Source of the DNA: Eledone cirrhosa
Taxonomy: Eukaryota
DNA length: 64,000 nt
Direction of reading: 5' to 3'
Assembly: GCA_964016885.1 (NCBI GenBank)
Contig: OZ024743.1
Location: forward strand, 177,940,001-178,004,000
Part shown: piece by piece, positions 54,469-64,000 of the stretch
How positions within the stretch are numbered: position 1 is the stretch's first letter
Layout: the number at the start of each line of letters is the position of its first letter
Translations under genes and position numbers: made by a program
The notes under the pieces: generated by a model
Databases searched by the model: none
What the model was told of the DNA's origin: nothing
The model's input: the letters and a program-made list of their open reading frames with translations, nothing else

Positions 54469-56300
54469 CTCTAAACTCAGTACCCAGGACCTTACACCCT
54501 AAAGTAAATCAAAACGCAACTAAAAGCTCTTCCATACATCTCCACACACAACCCCCTCAACAATGAGGCCTTTGACACCATCCTCTAGAACATCCCTGTG
54601 TTAAAAAAGGACCATAGAATGAACCAAATCCTTCGAACACACGTTATCATAAAGAGCAAAAGACAATCTAAGTCAATGAAAAACATCCTAACACATGCCA
54701 AAGTACTGCCAACCACAACAACGAAACCCACAGTAAAAAAAATGCGATAGACCCAACTGTGGCATATGCATCAACCTAATAGAGGGTTCGGAATTCTATT
54801 TCAAAGAAGGACAACGTTTTATAGTAAAACACAATTTCACATGCGCATCAGAAAATCTAATATATGTATTAACTTGCTCAGGTTGTCGAGAACAATACAT
54901 AGGCCAGACTAAAAACTGCCTCCGCCAACGCATTACTGTCCATAGAGCCCAAATTAAAATACGGGAATTCAGAAAAATACCACTGAGTGAACACATTGAT
55001 ACCTGTGCCGCCCAAAATCATCCCAACTTTAGAATCTTTCTCCTCTACAAATTTAAAGATAATGCCACCCACGCCCAGCGCATCAGCAAGGAATCTCACT
55101 TTATTAACAAATACGGACTCCGTCTAAACACTTCTCCCTAAGACGAACCCACAAAATACACACCTCAACATACATATCTACATCAACATACATCCTACAT
55201 ACATTTCTATCCACATATAAACACAATGACATACGTAAACACACGGCCTATGGTGCAACACAAATATACACAAATTTGCATACCTTTTGATGTTTATAGA
55301 TATAAACGTGCCGATACACGCACACATGCATTGCACACTGATGGGCACATACATATTTGTACACAAGTATTCCAATAAGGCATGGCCTAATGGATTCCCC
55401 TTGCAGTACGTACAATCTGGACACTCACACACACCTTGGTGTTATGACAATACTATACATCATTTCACCACTTTTATTATTGATGTTTTTGATGTTCTTT
55501 TGAGAGAATGGTTTTTGCAAATGACTGAAAATATCGAATAATGTACACCATTTTTACCAGTATCACAAAAATACTGGTCCATCCACACACACACATACAC
55601 ACACACACACACATGTATACACACACACATACACACGCGTACACTAACATACATACACACACACACACACTTCTCCGTATAAGACAAGAGCTGAAAAATG
55701 TTTCAACATGTTAAAATTCCCCCACACACGTACACACACATTCCTACTGACCGATTCATTCCCTCTACCACGAACCACTCTGCTACCCACACACACATAC
55801 ACACACAGACATATTTGTCTTAATAGACATGTTTTTCAGGGACTTCTCAACATGACTGCAACTCAATCAAGCGAAAAACGACACTCTTCGACAAACCTAC
55901 ATTTGGCGCCAAACCAGTTCGCGCTAAAATGAATTTTTAAGATTCACGTAACCTCTACCGACCAATCAAAATTGTTTTGACTACGAGAATTTTTGCAACA
56001 CGAATTGGCGCGAAATTTATAGTACTTATTCACGTGACATTCAATATCCAACCAAATCTTAATACCTCTGGAGCCACTTTTTTCACATAAAACAGGAAGA
56101 ATTTCCAAAACTGATCAGATTAGAGCAAACATCACGCGCGCTCTATCACAAAATTATTTTTGAAAATCATTAGAAATGCGCAACCGGTAAAAACTTAAAA
56201 CTAAAACTGAATACTAACCAATATTTATTACTAATTTTTACTTATTCCTAATTAAACTATTTTTCACTGGGAATGTGTCACCATTTTCTTTTCCTTTTTA

Positions 56301-56303
<3 letters not shown>
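54467..56303 (+). mobile_element. 5'-truncated PLE (GIY-YIG C-terminus + 3' region)
   Basis: CDRPNCGIC..NLIYVLTCSGCREQYIGQT..LRQR..H..E..FI..LN (stop about 55141); 3' region homologous to 59087-60598. Confidence 0.85.
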
Positions 56304-56350
<47 letters not shown>

Positions 56351-56353
<3 letters not shown>

Positions 56354-57143
56354 AAAAATAGACCGAGAAACAAGAATGTCCGTCATCAGTAGTCTGCTGA
56401 TTTTTCATTGGTATTTCTTCGCATTAAAGACTAGATACCTAAAATCAGTGCGAGCGATAACTAAATTAAGTTATCGAGACAGAGGAAAAGAGAGGAAAGG
56501 AAATAAACAAGATGGTAGTAATGCAACGTAAAGAGAGGAAAAGAGAGACAAGTCAATGAATCTTGTGGGCTTAAGTACGACAAATCAAATGATGAGAAGA
56601 AACAGACGCGTCCGACGCAGCACGCCATTTTTCATTCACATATATTTTTACCCTTCGCTGTGATTCGTATATTTTCTCTCACCTTACTGCTATCTTCTTT
56701 CTCTCTCCCCCTTCTCTCTCCTTCACCTCTTGCTTTCCTCTACTCCCGCTGCTCGTCACTCACTCTCGGCTTGCCCCTTCCTCCCACTTTCACTCACTCA
56801 CTCTCTGCTACTCCTCCTCTCTCACTTCCTCCCGTCTGATCTGCGTGAAATATTCTTTCCTCTCTCACTTTTCTCGTGGCTCAGAAGCGTCTGTTTCTTC
56901 TCGTCATTTGATTTGTCGGACTTAAGTCCACAAGATTCATTGACATGAACTCTCTTTTCCTCTCTTTACGTTGCATTACTACCATGTTGTTTGTTTCCTG
57001 TCCTCTGTTTTCCTCTGTCTGATAACTTAATTTAGCTATCGCTCGCACTGATTTTAGGTATCTAGTCTTTAATGCGAAGAAAAACCAATGATAATCAGCA
57101 GGCTACTGATGAAGGACAGTCTTGTTTCTCGATCTATTTTTAT
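56351..57143. mobile_element. Diverged fold-back element (arms about 56351-56609 / 56888-57143) between (TA)n tracts
   Basis: ~255-bp inverted repeat with scattered mismatches. Confidence 0.7.
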
Positions 57144-57204
57144 TCATATATATGTATATATATAGGTACACATACATGCATACACGCACACATATACATA
57201 TATA

Positions 57205-57254
<50 letters not shown>

Positions 57255-57366
57255 TATATATATATATATGTGTGTCTGTGTATATATGTGTGTGTGCGAG
57301 CGTGTGAGACGGTGAGAGGGGGAGGATATACATACATAAATACCAATATACATACATGTACGAAAA

Positions 57367-57434
<68 letters not shown>

Positions 57435-57578
57435 GCGGGCTGCTACCAGTGGTCATAATAATAATGACGTCACTAACCAGGGACCAACCCAAGGACGCCC
57501 AAAGCGGATGAAGGTGGACGATACAGACCTGTAGGGTTAGGAACCCAAGAAAGAGGATATGCTCCGAAATCAATAGAC

Positions 57579-57659
57579 GTGTCCGAGGAACCTGCGAGTC
57601 AGGTCGATCTACACACAGATCGCACCTCGAGCTGTTCGCCGGGGAAACAATTGTAACAC
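57579..57659 (+). ncRNA. Hammerhead-like motif with an enlarged stem II domain (core CCGAGGA)
   Basis: gtgt-CCGAGGA-(acct/aggt and cgatct/agatcg hairpins)-GAAA-CAATTG-TA-acac. Confidence 0.5.
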
Positions 57660-57828
57660 ACAATAAATTGAGCTCCGATGCATCACTGATTTTTCGTTTT
57701 CCATTATATATATATATATGTATGCATGTATATGTACACATACATGCATATATACACGTGTATATATATATATAGAAAGCTCTCAACATTCGTAGTTTGT
57801 AGTTACGATGGAGATTCAGTATAATAAT

Positions 57829-58015
57829 TGTTTCTACGTTAGGCACAAGGCCAGCAATTAGCCAGTGCATTACTGGTACTTTATTTTATCGACCCTGTAA
57901 GGATGAAAGGCAAAGTTAACCTTGGCGGGATTTGAACTCAGAATGGCCAGGGCCGTAACTCTATACGTCAAAGCATGGCTTCCGACCCTCTACTAATACT
58001 GCCAATCCACCGCCC
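57829..58015 (-). mobile_element. Full-length tRNA-derived SINE with a 14-bp TSD
   Basis: 5' gggcggtggattggcagtattag, B box gagttcaaatccc; TSD ttcagtataataat at 57815-57828 / 58016-58029. Confidence 0.85.
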
Positions 58016-58037
58016 TTCAGTATAATAATATTCAGTA

Positions 58038-58430
58038 TAATAATAACATTAATGAAGATGCCGATGTTTCATAAATCGTTTATTAATTATAATTATTTCA
58101 ACGGTTCTCCCATGCAATCAAGATGTAATTCATGTATGTGTTGCTGTTATGAGAACGGTATCCTCAGATGAAATTCGATTTTGTGATATGCTGCCGGCAC
58201 AAAAAAATATACGTCCTTCTGCTCGTACGTCCAGCACACATATGCAGAAGGAGGTGTGTTTTTTTTCCTCCCAGCAACATATCACAAAATCGAATTTAAT
58301 CTGAGGATACCGTTCTCACAACAGCAACAAATTCATGAATTACATCTTTATTGCAGAGGAGAACCGTTGAAATGATTATAATGAATAAACGATTGATGTA
58401 GCATCAGCATCTTTATTAATGTTATTATAT
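58038..58430. mobile_element. Fold-back element with an HHR in each arm (58083-58172 minus; 58296-58385 plus)
   Basis: ttcat-CTGAGGA-..gttctc..gagaac..-GAAA-taatta-TA-atgaa; arms inverted. Confidence 0.7.
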
Positions 58431-58454
58431 ATATATATATTATATACACATACA

Positions 58455-58511
<57 letters not shown>

Positions 58512-58544
58512 GTATGTGTGTGTGTAGGTATATATATATATGTA

Positions 58545-58585
<41 letters not shown>

Positions 58586-58614
58586 CACATACATGTATAT
58601 ATATATGTATATAT

Positions 58615-58703
<89 letters not shown>

Positions 58704-58968
58704 AATGAATAATAACAGGTAGACATCATAAAAAGGTAATTTATTCCGTGTGCTTACAAGTGTTTCCACGGTGGTACTGCAGCCTAGTTACGCTACGTGC
58801 AAATTCACAAGTACTTGCAGAACTCGAATATCCAATGCTGTGACCAGGATCAGGAACTAAGTTTCTTGAACAATTCTTCCATAACTCGTAGAGTAACCTC
58901 TTACCGTACGTCAACCATATCCAGTGTAGTAATCAACCATTACTACATCTTGGATAATCCTATACCTA

Positions 58969-59000
<32 letters not shown>

Positions 59001-59016
59001 CACATACATGCATATA

Positions 59017-59070
<54 letters not shown>

Positions 59071-59086
59071 TAAACGGAATAGAAAA

Positions 59087-59610
59087 TGCTGACAAATTGT
59101 TCACAGTTGAAAAATGGTTTAATTAGGAATAAAAGAGTATTAGTGATTGTATGGGTTAGTATTCAGTTGTGGTTTTAAGTTTTTAAGTTTTTACCGGTTG
59201 CGCATTTCTAAATGCTTTTCAAAAATAATTTTGAGATAGAGTGTCCGTGCTGTTTGCTCTGATCTGATTAGTTTTGGGAATTCTACCTGTTTTTATGTTA
59301 AAAAAATGGCTCCAGCGTTATTTTTGTGTTGTAAAAATGCTTGTGGTCAAAACAATTTTGATTGGTCGGTAGAGGTCATGTGAATGTAAAAAGTTGATTT
59401 TGCGCCAAGACTGTTTTTATGTTAAAATGTTAGAAAAGTGGCTCCAGCAAAAATTATGTGGATAAAAAATTGGTTTTGCGCCAAGATTGAGAAATGACTC
59501 TTTCACAACAAATGTGTGTGTGTGTGTGTGTGTGTGTGTAGTAGTAGTAGTAAGGTGTTCGATGCTGCGACAATAGCCACCAGCGATGTGTGTCAAATGG
59601 CTATTAAGAT

Positions 59611-59644
<34 letters not shown>

Positions 59645-59710
59645 ACATACACACAGCAGAGTCATTCGAAGGTCAAAAGATATTTTTCAGCTTTTGTCTT
59701 ATACGGAGAA

Positions 59711-59745
<35 letters not shown>

Positions 59746-59945
59746 AGTCTCTTTGTATGTTGATGTACGCGTGTGTATGTGTTTGTGTATATATGTGTGT
59801 GTGTGTGTGTGTGCGTGTGTGGGTGGACCAGTATTTTTCCCCCCCCTGGTAAAATGGTGTACATTATTCGATTTTTTCAGTAAAATCGGTTCTCTTAATA
59901 GAACATCAACAATCTTAACAATAAAAGGTGTGAAATGATATTCAC

Positions 59946-60000
<55 letters not shown>

Positions 60001-60003
60001 TTT

Positions 60004-60043
<40 letters not shown>

Positions 60044-61282
60044 TGGCTGCCAACTCGTTTTCGAGTACGGCCACCACTTTATATCCATGTAGGAGAACCC
60101 CTACCGATGCGCTGAACGAATGTGACTTTTTAGTCCAGCCAGCGACTTGAAAACTCTGGTACAAAGACTACACTTGTGACCATTATTGACACATAGTGCA
60201 GGGCCCATGGTACCATGTGATGACAAGTGCAGAGAGATCTCCAGATATAAAGAAATGCCTGTGCTGTGAAGCTTTTATAGTGAGCAAAGGCACTGCACAA
60301 AGCCAGTCCCACTCTCTTAACCAAGATGATATTTACCAAAAAGAAGAACAAGTCAACATCATTGGATACCATCAGGGTTGCAGGTGTTATATCAGAGTTT
60401 TCCTTCTCCTAGAATTCTGCCTTGACAAAGGCTAAGGGGTCATATGTATACATATATACATACATATATATGCACATATATTTTTTTGTATTGCACCATA
60501 GAGCATGTGTGTTTACGTGTGTCATTGTGTTTATATGTGGGTAGAGATGTGTGCTGATGTAGGTATGTATGTTGACGTGTGTATGTTGTGGGTTCGTCTT
60601 AGGGAGAAGTGTTTAGACGGGGTCCGTATTTGTTAATGAAGTAAGATTCCTTGCTGATGCGCTGGGTGTGGGTGGCATTATCTTTAAATTTGTAGAGGGG
60701 AAAGATTCTGAAGTTGGGATGATTTTGGGCGGCGCAGGTATCAATGTGTTCACTCAGTGGTATTTTCCTGTATTCCCGTATTTTAATTTGGGATCTATGG
60801 ACAGTCATGCGTTGGCGGAGGCTGTTTTTGGTCTGGCCTATGTATTGTTCTCGACAACCTGAACAAGTTAATACATATATTAAATTTTCCGATGCACATG
60901 TGAAATTGTGTTTTACTATAAAACGTTGTCCATCTTTGAAATAGAATTCCGAACCCTCTATTAGGTTGATGCAAATGCCACAGTTGGGTCTATCGCATTT
61001 TTTTACTGTGGGTTTCGTTGTTGTGGTTGCACAGGCATTTCTTTATATCTGGAGATCTCTCTGCACTTGTCATCACATGGTGCCATGGGCCCTGCACTAT
61101 GTGTCAATAATGGTCACAAGTGTAGTCTTTGTACCAGAGTTTTCAAGTCGCTGGCTGGACTAAAAAGTCACATTCGTTCAGCGCATCGGTAGGGGTTCTC
61201 CTACATGGATATAAAGTGGTGGCCGTACTCGAAAACGAGTTGGCAGCCACCATATATATATATATATATATATGTAGTGAAA

Positions 61283-61331
<49 letters not shown>

Positions 61332-61631
61332 GTGAATATCATTTCACACCTTTTATTGTTAAGATTGTTGATGTTCTATTAAGAGAACCGATTTTACTGA
61401 AAAAATCGAATAATGTACACCATTTTACCAGGGGGGGGGAAAAATACTGGTCCACCCACACACGCACACACACACACACACATATATATACACAAACACA
61501 TACACACGCGTACATCAACATACAAAGAGACTTATACACACACACACACACACACACACAAGCACTTCTCCGTATAAGACAAAAGCTGAAAAATATCTTT
61601 TGACCTTCGAATGACTCTGCTGTGTGTATGT

Positions 61632-61683
<52 letters not shown>

Positions 61684-61752
61684 ATCTTAATAGCCATTTG
61701 ACACACATCGCTGGTGGCTATTGTCGCAGCATCGAACACCTTACTACTACTA

Positions 61753-61784
<32 letters not shown>

Positions 61785-62265
61785 TTGTTGTGAAAGAGTC
61801 ATTTCTCAATCTTGGCGCAAAACCAATTTTTTATCCACATGACCTCTACCGACCAATCAAAATTGTTTTGACCATAATTTTTGCTGGAGCCACTTTTCTA
61901 ACATTTTAACATAAAAACAGTCTTGGCGCAAAATCAACTTTTTACATTCACATGACCTCCACCGACCAATCAAAATTGTTTTGACCACAAGCATTTTTAC
62001 AACACAAAAATAACGCTGGAGCCATTTTTTTAACATAAAAACAGGTAGAATTCCCAAAACTAATCAGATCAGAGCAAACAGCACGGACACTCTATCTCAA
62101 AATTATTTTTGAAAAGCATTTAGAAATGCGCAACCGGTAAAAACTTAAAAACTTAAAACCACAACTGAATACTAACCCATACAATCACTAATACTCTTTT
62201 ATTCCTAATTAAACCATTTTTCAACTGTGAACAATTTGTCAGCATTTTCTATTCCGTTTACCAAT
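59087..62265. mobile_element. PLE copy (GIY-YIG end 60599-61030, minus) with a ~1.2-kb inverted duplication of its 3' part (59087-60261 / 61030-62265)
   Basis: Arms nearly identical; homologous to 54467-56303; contains an RTE-derived insert at 60041-60441. Confidence 0.85.
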
Positions 62266-62299
62266 ATATAATAACTTGTGTGTTACACCTCTATTCTTT

Positions 62300-62359
<60 letters not shown>

Positions 62360-62885
62360 CATGCATTTTTATATATATACATACTTATATTTATATACAC
62401 TAGCAGAAAAACCACCCTTTGGTTGGTTTTCTACTAGCATGTGTAGTGTGCATATTGATATTATACGCCGGTATATATGCATGTAGATATGATACATCAA
62501 ATAAAATCGTAATTTAAATATCCACAGAAATTGAACGAAGACTGTGTTACACTGCCTTATGTAATCAGTAACATAATCCATGATACATTAAAAAAAGATG
62601 ATATTATATATAAAGTGCATTAGTAGAAAATTAGTGAATGTTTATTTAAGTGATCGCTAACCGGAAGTGTTGACATTTGAAAATTTAAAAGAAGTGAATC
62701 TTTAAATAAACAATAAAATATATTTAAACAAGAATAATGAAATTTAGTAGATAAATTATGTAATATTCATTCATTATTTATTCAAAGTAATACAACTTAT
62801 TTTACTAATGGGATAAAAAATTATAAACTGTACGCAGTCCCGCACTCCTCCCTTTATTATAGTTTCGATATACATATAAACATGC

Positions 62886-62917
<32 letters not shown>

Positions 62918-63028
62918 ACATGCATGTATATATATACATACATATAAACATGCATGTATATATATATACATATAAACACATATATACATATATATATATA
63001 TACATGTATATATATATATATACATACA

Positions 63029-63090
<62 letters not shown>

Positions 63091-63095
<5 letters not shown>

Positions 63096-63208
63096 TAAAA
63101 AAACGAAAAATCAGTGATGCATCTGGACTCAGTTTATTGCGTGTTACAATTGTAACACGCAATAAACTAAGTCCAGATGCATCACTGATTTTTCGTTTTT
63201 TTATACTA
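63091..63208. repeat. 118-bp spacer-less palindrome centred on CAATTG; PLE tail family of 57640-57710
   Basis: Self-complementary about 63149/63150 with about one mismatch. Confidence 0.9.
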
Positions 63209-63290
63209 TTCACACTCTACTCTACATGAATATTGAGTGCTAATTTTGGCATACCACCTATGGAAGCACCATAGCTACCATTATACACAA

Positions 63291-63372
<82 letters not shown>

Positions 63373-63537
63373 CTACAGATACGCATATGCGTATAGAGAG
63401 ATATTACATCAAACAAAATTAGTTACTTTGATTGATTTGGTTAAAAACAATAAGGCGAAGTATATAGTTATCTGTCTGTAGACTGAGGATTTTTTTTATT
63501 TCTCGAAACGTCTAATGATTGGGTGGTTAAACGTCTA

Positions 63538-63701
63538 GGTGGTGTTAGTGGTGTTGGTGGTAGTTGGGGTGGTGGTAGTAGTTGTAGTGGTGGTAGTAGT
63601 AGTGGTGGTAGTAATAATAGTGGTACTGGTGCTGGTAGTAGAAGCAGTGGTGGTGGTGATGCTGGTGATAGTAGTAACATCAGTGGTGGTGGTGCCGGTG
63701 A

Positions 63702-63765
<64 letters not shown>

Positions 63766-63770
63766 TTCTA
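63538..63770. repeat. (GGT/AGT)n trinucleotide low-complexity repeat
   Basis: Directly visible. Confidence 0.95.
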
Positions 63771-64000
63771 GTGTTGTTTTTGTTGTTGCAACAGCATTAG
63801 TACTAGTACTGTGTTCCATTGGAGTAACAATGGTAACAATAGTTGCACTAGTAACCACTATGGTAGTAACAACAGCGTTCTTCTACTGTTATCTGAGTAC
63901 ACTAGTTAAAGATAACATTATTTGCTTTGTAGTGGTTCAACGTTGACACATACTGATCTACTGACAGAGTGCTAGCTGTTGGTACAACTTAACGCCGTTT

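Noticed and set aside
56105-56195. Possible HHR (ctgatca..gaaatgcgca) in the 54467/59087 PLE family tail
   Set aside because: The core is mutated, there is no UH triplet after the palindrome, and I could find no stem I.
57100-57135. CTGATGA in the 56351-57143 fold-back arm, and CTGATGA..GAAA at 43435-43495 (minus)
   Set aside because: The first lacks a downstream GAAA; the second lacks convincing stems I and II.
63468-63946. Gly/Ser- or Thr-rich ORFs
   Set aside because: Trinucleotide low-complexity repeat with no other coding evidence.

Overview
AT-rich animal (probably cephalopod/octopus-like; inferred from SINE and microsatellite content) intergenic DNA. No host gene was recognisable: the window is made almost entirely of retroelements embedded in (TA)n/(CA)n/(GATA)n microsatellites, and most listed ORFs are microsatellite artefacts. 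Main content: (1) a ~22-kb head-to-tail array (11.2-33.0 kb, minus strand) of five diverged L1/Tx1-like LINEs, each separated by a (GATA)n tract, with a CRE-like RLE retrotransposon nested in one copy; (2) several Penelope-like elements (PLEs; RT/GIY-YIG fragments) and about a dozen short fold-back derivatives carrying minimal type I hammerhead ribozyme (HHR) motifs from several sequence families; (3) a 258-nt unit with a tRNA-like cloverleaf present as two inverted, circularly permuted, terminally redundant copies (retrozyme-like); (4) a near full-length decayed RTE LINE plus RTE-derived fragments, tRNA-derived SINEs, a non-autonomous Helitron, a tiny Tc1/mariner-type MITE and an R4-like RLE fragment. 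All alignments and folds were done by eye; boundaries may be off by a few bases.
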